From Phoronis australis (taxonomy: Eukaryota; Animalia; Phoronida): a stretch of 64,000 nucleotides of DNA. This document shows, one piece after another, positions 53,694 to 64,000 of this stretch (position 1 is the stretch's first letter; each line of letters opens with the position of its first letter). Both the position numbers and the translations under genes were made by a program. The stretch is taken from contig NMRA01000230.1 in assembly GCA_002633005.1 (NCBI GenBank), positions 323,271-387,270 on the forward strand, written 5' to 3'. The notes under the pieces are model-generated. The model was given only the letters and a program-made list of their open reading frames with translations, was not told the origin of the DNA and made no database searches.

Positions 53694-54669
53694 AATGTGG
53701 TCAGCAGGTGGCGTGCTGACCGGACTTAAAATGTTTGTGAATGCAATACTATTTGTAAAATGTAACCACACATTTGGTCCCAATCAATGATTACCTCGGT
53801 CATAGAGACTTGAGATCGCTGAGTCAGGTTGACCAGCTTATGAGATTTTGTGGCCATGAGCTCGGGTGTGTACTTCTCAGGATAGCCAATCACTGCTTCT
53901 TTTACATCTACTTCCTGTTTGGGGATAATCCATAACTAATTTGTTCTAAAGCTCGTGAAACATTTTTCTTTTGGCATGCCCCCTCCCGCTCATGCAGAGT
54001 ACTTCCAAAAGTGTTTATTATTGTGTTTTTATGGATGATTTCCTTTTGAAATTAGAATGAATGGAATGCACATATGAGTCTTCATAGGTGGTCTTTTATT
54101 ACAAATCTTGTTTTCTTTGTGAAATGGGAGATTTTAAGGAAGTAACAGCGACTGATCATGTGACACAGGTGACTCGGACTGCCCTCTATGAGTAAAATAT
54201 GGTACAAAGTGCTTCAAGTCATCTGCCTTCAAGAATTTTTTATGTTCAGCGTTGAATTGGAGCACTTTTTGTTGTAAAACTGGTCTCAAATTAAATTTTG
54301 AGAAGAACAAACAAATGTTCCATGTTGAAGCTGAACTTTAGAACCTGGTTTGTCAATTTATCCACAGAAGACAATACGGTATGGTTGTTAGTGCTATGGA
54401 AATATATTGGTTTAGTTCCCGTACTCTCGTCAGAATAAAAAGTTTGAGCTTAGAGGTTTAAATCAATCGGAATGTAGAGACCGATTCTGGATTGAGAGGA
54501 AAATTGGTTCAGGAGAGGTGTCAAGGAAGCAATTTATGAAAGAGTTGAGAATCCTAGCCTAAACAGACAAGGGGGCCTGAGGTTTCTGTTGCCAACGACG
54601 GGATAGAGCACTAAAGAGTATCCTACGCGAGCTGTGCTGTGGATCACATGACGAGTCACATGACACCTC

Positions 54670-54715
54670 AGTGGCCTGATGAAGTCCTCGAGAGGAGGAC
54701 GCAACGTAGCCAACT
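54670..54715 (+). ncRNA. Minimal type-I hammerhead ribozyme motif with one core mutation
   Basis: tggc-CTGATGA-a-gtcctc(gagag)gaggac-GCAA-CGTA-gcca. Confidence 0.6.
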
Positions 54716-55222
54716 CAATCTATAGCTCCAGTAATTTATTCAATATTCTACATATTATTGCTCAGTAAGACAACTGAAAGTATTCATCGCATTAAAGCTT
54801 ATAAATTTCTACTCATCAGCCTTTTTCAAAGATCTGCCTCTCATTCTCAAAATTGCTCTTACTCACACCATTGTGCTTATAAGTTTGCTGTAGGCCAACT
54901 GGTTGCCTGGTTACAGAAGTAGGTCAAAGCCCCACATGACCATAGCAAAATTTCACCAATTTCAGACAAAATAATTGCTAAAATTGCCCTTTTTCCATTT
55001 TTCCAAGGTTTTTAACGCGTATGCCCTACTAGCTGTGATACAGAGTTTGAACGTTGAAAAACATGCGATTCGGTTTCAGGTGCGACATATCTTTTATGAA
55101 AAATGAGAAAGTGAAATTTGACTTGTCCCCCCTTATTGTGTCTTGAGATTTTATCTCAATCTCCATGGCTTCGCAGAGTGGCAAATACACTCACATATTA
55201 CCCTTCATTTCTTCTTTTGTAG

Positions 55223-55313
55223 TCCAAGAAAATAGGTCTTCTCGATGCTGACATCTATGGGCCTTCTCTTCCAAGGATGATGAATCTGAGCGGCGAGCCT
55301 CTTTTGAATAAAC
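55223..55313 (+). CDS. NUBPL: NUBPL exon 4 ([22 protein letters not shown])
   Basis: tgtag/gttagt, 91 nt, phase 0/1; Mrp-family LDADIYGPS motif. Confidence 0.95.
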
Positions 55314-56983
55314 GTTAGTAGTATCTTCAATCAGCTCGTGTCTTGCTGTCTGAAAGTCACGTGACATGGTGTGGTTGTATTGTACATTTCCTGAAGTAAT
55401 GCCATGTTGTAAAGTTCATTGCTTACGATAAAAATTCTTCAGTTTGGGACACAATATGGTTGACAGGTGAAATTTTATTTTGTCAAATTCCTGGACAAGA
55501 ATAAATTTTCAGTAAAATTTACTTTGCCTTTAGCATGGTTTTTATGGCATAGCTATTACCAAACTATGTTAATTGTTAAAATTTTGAACTTTTGCAACAA
55601 TGTGGTAAGCCTCTGGAATTAGAAGTATGGCAATTTTAGGAATTATTTTTGTCGCAAATTGAAGAATTTTTACCGAAATCAGAATCACTGAGAAAAGGAG
55701 TGTTTCGCAATGTGATATGTTTACTTACTGTTGATTTGCTTATGAATTTGAAATGTGGACTTATTTAATCTATTAGAAATTACATGTTTGCAGTATTTGA
55801 TGATTTTTTATCTTTATTGAATTGCCATGATAATTTGTTTGACATATAATTAGACGCACGGAACTAATTTTGCATAAGGTCAGCCAAATACGTGCTCATA
55901 GAAAATATTGTCATTGGTAGTTATGTACAGTGTATTTAAGGCCCCTATGGAAAGCAGTATGATTTGATTGGGGTACCCTCATTACAAATATTACATTGGT
56001 AAATAAATAACAAATAAATAATAAATGGTAACTCTTTATTATTTATTTCACCCAAAACTTTGCCAAAATGTTCATTTTTAATGGCTGATTACTCAGCTCT
56101 GATGGAGACAATGTTGTTTCACGTCATCTACACACATAGTGTGATAATGAATGTGTTTGTGGCAATTTGATTGTCAGCACAGATACAAACAAGTTTGTGA
56201 TTAACATTTTTATGTTAATTTGTAGTCATGAATAGGGGAAAAACAGAAATATGTCGTGCTATCAACAGACGAGTTAATTTGGGAAAATGTGTTGATCACT
56301 TGTCTCTCGATGACTTGTAAATAAAAAATCACTGATTTAGAGACTAGGTTTTGTTGGAGGCAGACGTTTTGGCCTGGTCCGCCTGGCCTTTGTCGAGGAC
56401 TGAAGTATTTCCCGGCGTTAACTTTGTAAGGATGTCAGTGTAAAGGGGAGGTAATTACACACCACGGTCCAGATTCAAAAGGGGTCGAATTAATGACAAA
56501 ATAGCAAATTAAAGTAGACCATGTTGTTTGTGTGCTGACAATACTATTGCTTCTGCAGAGATGCTGGTTTTTCCACAATAATGGAAAGAAAATGTAATTC
56601 ACAAAATGTAACCCTTTTCACAGAATTAGAGATCCAGATCAGAGTTTCTGTAATTTTTTGGTTTTGAGTTTTAATCACGAAAAATTAATGTAATCCATCA
56701 AGTACGACATAGTCTGGACACAAATTGATCAATTATCGTTTTGCAGCAGATGTGTTCAAGTATTAGTTCATTTTTTTCGAATGTGGTGGTGTTTTCCATT
56801 TTGTTATGTTTACGAAAAGTCTGCACTTGTATAGCACGCAATATGTCTGGCAAGTGCAATGAAGTATTTTGTCAAATTTCTTGGCAAAATAAAGTTCAAA
56901 AAAATTTTAGTCCATTGTTAGCGTGACTTGTACTCAAACACGGATTGAAACTGGTTAATTGTACATCTGTATCTTTTCTGTAG

Positions 56984-57023
56984 AAAATTTGATGCAACCG
57001 CTGGTCAACTTTGGGATAAAATG
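56984..57023 (+). CDS. NUBPL: NUBPL exon 5 (NLMQPLVNFGIK)
   Basis: tgtag/gtgagt, 40 nt, phase 1/2. Confidence 0.93.
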
Positions 57024-58435
57024 GTGAGTAAAGTTGTATCGCCCCACAGTGAGAAATTCTTAATTTTGGTCAGTGAGACGTCTGGGGCCATGTCCTCAAA
57101 AATAGGACGGAGGGTATTTGGTCATTGTACTTGCAAACGGAAATGCACGCTAAAAGTAATCGGAACGTGTGCTGCTTCCCCATCACGGAAGGTGGTGATT
57201 AGCTACTCCAATGGTGGTCTCTGTTTGCACTTGACTGTCATGTCGGAATTCCGCTTGTGCGCAACGGTCACAACGGGGATTTCCTGGCCATTTTCTCTGA
57301 TCATCTGTTGTCATGTTCTGTATTAGTCAAGATGACACTAGTAGCCAACACTGTTTTAACAAGGCTTGGAATTATCTTCTTTTAAGAGAATTTCGTCTTT
57401 TTGGTTTTGATTTCCTCATATTTGATGTCCATTTTCCTATTTGTTGTCTTTTAATTATTATTTTAACTCATTGAAAAATGTTTATTCTATTAAATTTTAC
57501 AGCACAAAAAATATTTCTATCACACAAGCCTATTTATTTGTGGAAAGATGTATCACCTGGAAAATTTTCCTCTTTTTGTCATTGGTCATTTCAAGGCCTG
57601 TAGAATCTTTTGGAAGAGTACGGCCGATGTCTAGATAACGCTACTCCACCATCGGAAAATTCGGACAATGAGCTAGAAATGAAATGAATTACGCAGTCCC
57701 ACCGACAACACATAGATGAATGCACTGCGACTGATAGTTTATTAAACAATACAGAGCTACAGTCAATCACTAGCCTCAGTCTTTATTGTTAATGTCTTTG
57801 GGGATACAATGTGAAATCACTGAGAAATTTCCATGATTATACATTAAGTAGAGTTTATTATATTGGCCATTCATTCTAAATGTCACCAATTTCTACCAAC
57901 AATGTCTTTTTATCTTCAGAAGTGTCTGACCTTGTTATGAATGCTCACAATTTCTCAGAATCATTGCCTGATAGTAAATATGGTTCTGAGCTTGATAAGT
58001 GACCTAGCATTTATTTGGTGATACTTAAAATTTATGAAAATTAAGTAAAATTTCACTGGTCGGCCATATTGAATCTAAATTGGCAAGATTTTATAGTAAT
58101 GCAGACTGTGAGGTGTTTATTCAATAATTAAATTTTGCAACTTCAAACCGACATTGATGATCATGTATGTTTTTGTTTAAACCAATAATGACATCAATAC
58201 ATTGGAATGGAAATGTTTTTGAAAAAAATTCACCTACTGACAAATTGAGGAAGTTGCGTCTATTTGGGATAATTTGGTCATTGTCTCAAATTGACACAAG
58301 CTTTATCAGCAAAAACCAGGCATCACTCAATCAATTTGCATACTATAGGTTCTATTGTTTTTTGTCTGATGGAATGAGAGGTGTATGATGTCACTGAGTA
58401 TCACTATAGCTTCTGTTGAATCCGTGTTTTCTCAG

Positions 58436-58620
58436 CATGTCAATGGGGTTCCTAGTGGAGGAGCGGTCTGCCGTGGTGTGGCGAGGCCTCATGGTGATGT
58501 CCGCTGTACAGAAACTCCTGTGGCAGGTCTCTTGGGCACCGCTTGACTACCTAGTGGTTGATATGCCCCCCGGGACGGGTGACGTACAGCTGTCAATCAC
58601 CCAGAACGTTCCAGTCTCAG
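58436..58620 (+). CDS. NUBPL: NUBPL exon 6 (MSMGFLV...WRGLMV...[14 protein letters not shown])
   Basis: ctcag/gtatat, 185 nt, phase 2/1; Mrp signature. Confidence 0.96.
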
Positions 58621-59342
58621 GTATATTTGTCTGTCTTGAGACTATCACACAATTTCAAGAATTTTTGCACTAAACAATTGAATTCTTCTGGAAGTGTTAC
58701 TATGGTATCTCTTCACTATTTCAGCATTCAGTTTTCATATTTTTTGACTCTTTCTTGATTTTCACACATCCATGTAGGGCTTCTGTGCGCCATTCATTAG
58801 ATTCTACTGGATAGATGACCAGACAAGATAAAGCAATGATGACTGTTGACACCATCTGTTGCTAGTAGCTTGGATCAAATGTGTAGCAATAATAGCAGAG
58901 GAATGTGACAAGCATGGCTTTGGACTTTTGAACTCACACAAAAAGCCTGAAGACTACATAAGAGGGTTCTCACGGATTACATATCGGGTTTTTGGTGGAA
59001 TGTGTCTGACTTATGTGGCCAGTGCCTGTGGCATTATGCCACCTGCAGTCTTTTTTGGGGTGAATATTGCCAGTTTCTCCGTCTTAGCGTCCAATAGGAT
59101 GTCTGGCAACTGCCTTTCTCTGGGAAGGTCTCTTCCACACAATGAGAAAATATCAGCCCTACTCCAAGTGTTTGTGGTCTGAATTCGTGGGAACGCTGAA
59201 CGTTCTTAAGTGTATTAATTTATGTGTTTTATGTTTATACTTAGTGTCGCGCCTTTTTTCAATCCTGGTACAACAGCAAGTCTGACACATCTGGCATTTT
59301 TTAAGAAGAGCTGTTAGCAGTTACGAACTTTGAACTTTTCAG

Positions 59343-59549
59343 GTGCAGTGATTGTGACCACACCCCAGGATATCGCACTGTTGGATGCGCGGAGGGGTGC
59401 AGAGATGTTCCGTCAGGTTAACGTGCCCGTCTTGGGTCTCGTCCAGAATATGAGTATCTTTGTCTGTCCCAGCTGTGGTCACGAAGCGCACATCTTCGGA
59501 CATGATGGTGCAAGGAATATGGCTGAAGAAACTGGGTTGGACATTCTTG
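59343..59549 (+). CDS. NUBPL: NUBPL exon 7 (TTPQ, QNMS, CPSC Fe-S binding CxxC)
   Basis: ttcag/gtacac, 207 nt, phase 1/1. Confidence 0.96.
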
Positions 59550-60147
59550 GTACACTGAATCATTAACTAAGTTTGAATTATCTGTTTTGTTTTACATTTC
59601 ATTATCAGAATCAGAAGGTGTTCTTGACTGGTGGTCTTAACTTTATGTAGGACTCTAGAAAAATATCCAGATTTGGCTGCAAAGTTCGGAACATCATGTC
59701 TCGGAAATGGTCGTTTTGTCTTTGTTTGTATCATCCACTCGAGAATTGGGTCATCTGAAAGTCTCTTTCGTGGCAGTTGATTTTGGTGACCTTGACATCA
59801 TTTTCAAGGTGACGATATGAGAAAATCTAGGTGTGGCTTGGGGAATATTGTTGGTGCCTTATCTCAAGAAGGGAGCTTTAGATCATGTTCTTATTTTGTA
59901 CTAAAGTGAAAATTGGGAAACTCCAAGAGCCAGATAAGTTGGGTGATGATGACCTTGTTTTCAAGGCAACAGTGATGAAATCGACATTTCTGGTGCAGAG
60001 TTCTTTAAAAACTATTCAACATTGACTGCACCAGAGAAGCACTACTGCCGAGTTATACTAAAATCGACTTTAGACTAGGGAACGGCGACGACAGTTTGGC
60101 CATTCTGTTACAAATATATGTTACTCTAAGTTCAGTCTTCATTGCAG

Positions 60148-60230
60148 GTGATGTCCCACTGGACATTGGCATTAGAGAAACCTCAGATAGCGGTCAGCCT
60201 ATTGTGATATCACAGCCTAATAGTGCTCAG
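60148..60230 (+). CDS. NUBPL: NUBPL exon 8 (DVPLDIGIRETSDSGQPIVISQPNSAQ)
   Basis: tgcag/gtaaca, 83 nt, phase 1/0. Confidence 0.94.
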
Positions 60231-61258
60231 GTAACACTGACGTTTATGTGACGTTTTGGCCTAATGACGGGTATATTTCAAGGCAGGTCCTATCTCAGTG
60301 ACACAGGGTAACAGCAGTAGGTGGCAAAAGGTCGTGACCCACTCAGAACACCAAGTCATGTGATCTAACCCGCTGGAAATTGCGACTGTTGGCTAGATAT
60401 AATGCTGTTTATGAATTCACTCGTCTGTATTTCAAGCACTCAAGCACTGTTACTGGCTTACACCCAAGTGGCACATGATCTTTTGTCAACCATAACGAAG
60501 CATAGACGTTATTTAAATTATTCTTGTTATGTCTCTGGACAGTCTTCTCTATTGTTATCTTGTGGATGATATAGAGTGGTGACGAGTATCGATGAAAATT
60601 TTCAAAAAACAGCAACGTCACTAATTTTTGTAAGTTTTTATTCCAGTATTAGACTCAAATTTTATCTGTTTTCTCAACTGGTTGTCTCAAAATTTTCCTG
60701 ATTTTAGCACTCTTGTGCGTTTCGTGAATTCTGTCTTCAAGAGGGACTGCAGCCTAATTATCTTAATCAGATTACTAAACCTTCTGTTAACTATAATAAA
60801 GATTGTGCCACACAACAAAATCTTTTGAGGACTGCTCTGTGTGTGATCTGTTTTCTGAGCATTTATTTATTTATTGTGATATTTAAAATGAGTGTGGCCT
60901 CTTCAGTGATAGCACTGCTTTCCAAGAGGGACCTCAACAACAAAAAACAGTAATATAATACAATGGGGTGAAGTAATAAAACAACAATTATATTATGTAT
61001 TATATAACAAAGAAATGTTATGTTCTAATAACAAAGCTACAATTTTATAAATGTCCGTTTCCTTAGCGTTTTGTATTGCGTTTGCATTTTGTTTCCCCAT
61101 TCTGCTGTATGGGGCTGGAGCTCATTGATGGCACCTTGGATGTGTTAAACGACATATCTGAAACTTGTTTTATGTTGGTTTGAGGTTTCATACTTATTCG
61201 ATATATCCAAAAGCGTGCTCGACTTGACTTAAACAAAGTCCATTCTTTTTCATTTCAG

Positions 61259-61357
61259 GCCAAGGTTTACAGAGCCATTGCTGAACGAGTTGTCGACAAA
61301 CTGCCTGAAAATATTAATGGCTTTGTTGAAAAGGATTTGAGAAACAACATCACATGA
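61259..61357 (+). CDS. NUBPL: NUBPL exon 9, terminal (AKVYRAIAERVVDKLP...stop)
   Basis: ttcag acceptor, TGA at 61355-61357; the nine exons sum to 960 nt (319 aa + stop). Confidence 0.93.
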   Translation, partial: AKVYRAIAERVVDKLPENINGFVEKDLRNNIT

Positions 61358-62731
61358 CTCTGGTGAACAGACAGTGTAGTGACATATCCGATCACTTTGA
61401 GAGACATTTACTGACTGAAAGAAATTCTGGTATCACCTGGTATTTGCCACCAAGAAACTCTCTGGTTCTGCAGTTGATGAACTCTGAGTAAACATCTATT
61501 GTGGAAGTACTATAATGGTGATCACCTGACTATTGTGACTGGACATTGGACAAGGTGGCTTCCATTGAGCACTGTTCCTCTATTTGATAAATTGTTTACT
61601 GAATGAGGGTGACAGGGACTCTAGTATATGAGTTACGATGGTTGCTGGAGTTGGGACACTCATCAAGAGTTTGTGTTTCTTCTCTGAACAGTTTGGCTTG
61701 TTACGACAGAGTCCAGGTTGAACGCACAGTGGCCTATTTGTGAAAGAACACTCTTAAACTTGAAAATTACCTTTTTGAGGTCGGATTTGGTCAATTTGGC
61801 ATATTTCACTTATTCCGAGAGGTGTTCTGAACCTTTTTAGATGTTAGCTGTTTTTCAAACTGGAAGTGTGACACCGTAACCGTGTTGCACAATGCAAACT
61901 CTTTGTGTGAGCTTCAGACTCACAGTTTTATTAGTTTCATTACCTGTTAATTAGTCTAAGAGGAACTCAGTACAGGTAAAAACTGACCCTTGGATGATGA
62001 TCCTCTAAAGTTCCTAGTTTGCTAATGCCCTTTGAATTCAGACCAACTGCTTGAACTTCTTGGTCACCTTGATATGTCATAAAACTATAGATGCCTGTTG
62101 ACTGTTGGCAGCCCTGCCAGTGGTGCCCTCTATTGTGTTGACAGAGAATGGGGTGATTGAAACTTGCACTTCAGTTGACAAAGTCAGTTGTGTTTTGGCT
62201 TGAATTTTCATTCTGTAGCAGGTCAGTCATGATGGCGTCATTGCTCAAGTCAAATGGCTATAATTGTGTCATGTACCGGGACTGGGTTTGTAAGTAAGAG
62301 GGTGCCTTGGCCATTGGTCACAGATACCAGAATGGAAAATTGAGAAAACACAGAACGCAGATCATCTAATACTTTTGGAACTTTCTCACTGAGTCACTTC
62401 CAGTTTGAAGGATTTTGTTTTTATGGAAGTTGACTAAAGAAGTTCAAAACACCTTTGATATGTGTTGAATTGACTAGGAATGCCTGAAACAAATGCATTG
62501 TTCCGCCCCTTTAAAATATACAGTGTACGAGTATAATTGTACATTTTTAATCTTTATACAACTGTAAAGTTCATACAGCTAGGTTTATTCTTTTACAGGC
62601 AATAGTCACTGACTCCCAGGAGTCTCGCATTTAGAGAACCAGTTTTCTCCATTGAATAGCAGCCTTCAAACTGATTCTCAAAATCTAGTAGGACCCCTGT
62701 CAGTGACCATTGTGGTTTTATTAATGAGCAC

Positions 62732-62737
62732 AATAAA
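62732..62737 (+). terminator. Candidate NUBPL polyadenylation signal AATAAA
   Basis: First AATAAA I noticed after the stop codon; a GT/T-rich tract follows near 62777-62791. Confidence 0.4.
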
Positions 62738-63213
62738 AAATCAAACCAGAAAGGCTCAAGCAACTAAGCTACGATCTGTGGATGTTTTTTTCCCGAAATT
62801 ATTTGCAGAAAAACTCTTAATCTGAGAAGAAAATAGTTGATACCATGAGAAATTATACACCTTCCTGCATCTGTTGAAAGTGAGCCTGTTGGTTTCTTTT
62901 ACTTGTGGCTTACACTGAGTTACAGGTATGGGTAATTAGGCTTTCAGAATGATGACTTCAAGGCACATTATCTGAAATTCGCACACTCAGGTCCAGAATA
63001 CTGTTGATGGATAGATGGCGCTGTTAACATAGTTTTATTTGCTTATAGAAAAGTTACCCAGTTTACAAAATCCGCATCAGCTTGTTTGCCCCCTACCCTA
63101 GCGCCCCCTATCGTGAAGGAGAAACTGCTTTCAGCTAATGTTTCTGCAGTGAAGTAATTTTCTTAATTCCATAACTGTCAAGAATTATCTGTTAAAGCTT
63201 TCGGTAAAGCAAT

Positions 63214-63610
63214 CAGGGCCCGGTCTCTAATCTTTGTACTCGAAAGGAACTCGAAACTATTTTTGGCAATTTCTCTTCTCCTTTTGTGCGAACTTAAGAT
63301 AATTGGTTATCAGACTGTGCTCGAATACATTATAGTTTATGCATAGGAGTTTCTAGTTCAAGTTTGCCCTTGAAGACCCTTATATTCGTGCTACAAACTC
63401 GAGTAAAAACTCGAAATTTCGAGTTCAAACACGAACTTATTGCTTTAATATTGGGTTTACAAACTGTGAACTAAGGGCAATAAATTATCTACGTAAGTTA
63501 TTGTGTACTGGAGCATAGAATAATAGACACTTATCTTGATTTCGCCCAAAAGTAGAAAATGCCAAATTTCGAGTTCCATTTCGAGTAAAAAGATTGTAGA
63601 CCGGGCCCAG
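63214..63610. mobile_element. Long-TIR MITE
   Basis: cagggcccggtctctaatctttgtactcgaaaggaactcgaaa ... tttcgagttccatttcgagtaaaaagattgtagaccgggcccag. Confidence 0.75.
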
Positions 63611-64000
63611 GATTTAAGGATATATTTCGCACCCTTTATCTGGCTTTAAAACGATATTATTAATCGAATTCCGGTAGAATAAGCTCTTTCGCTATAAAAA
63701 ATGTGTCTTGTCATATTCTCTTACCCTGATAGGATTCCATTTCCTTTGCCAACAATTCGAAATGATAGGGTTTCCCGCCAACGTCAATAAAATTTGAATC
63801 GTTTTCTGGCGTTGCTGATGATATTGTTCCTGTAGGTAACGAATGGAATCCTATCACGGTAAGAAACATGAGACTGATTTTATGAGAGCCGAAAGGCGTT
63901 TTTTTTTTTTCGTCTTTTGCCAATTAAAGTGGACGAAGGGCAGCTTTAAACCTGATTCGGCTAAAAACATCCGAGATGCCTAGTTTATTTTTTCAAAAAC

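Noticed and set aside
60705-60750. Minus-strand TTGAAGA...GAAACG hammerhead look-alike
   Set aside because: No stem II and no valid cleavage triplet.
61358-62740. Iron-responsive element in the NUBPL 3'UTR (several CAGTG words)
   Set aside because: None has the 5-bp upper stem with a bulged C.

Overview
Animal (invertebrate-like, AT-rich) nuclear DNA with spliceosomal introns; no prokaryotic features. Two genes lie head-to-head around 50.4-51.2 kb. Minus strand: the 5' part of a Crumbs-family gene, built by hand as 14 phase-consistent GT-AG exons (signal peptide, N-terminal laminin-G-like domain, 18 EGF repeats, ~910 aa in window). It has a ~25.5-kb first intron and continues beyond position 1. 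Plus strand: a complete 9-exon NUBPL/Ind1 gene (960-nt CDS, 319 aa). Introns contain micro- and minisatellites, several MITE-like families, a tRNA-derived SINE head and three N-joined tandem duplications that look like assembled haplotypes. Most notable: relic minimal hammerhead-ribozyme motifs in introns of both genes, a candidate 60-nt Cys-pair cassette exon in crumbs, decayed tandem copies of a crumbs exon end, an in-frame loop insertion in one EGF repeat, and a palindromic mini-element family with 7-8-bp target-site duplications. All calls were made by eye; no searches were run.
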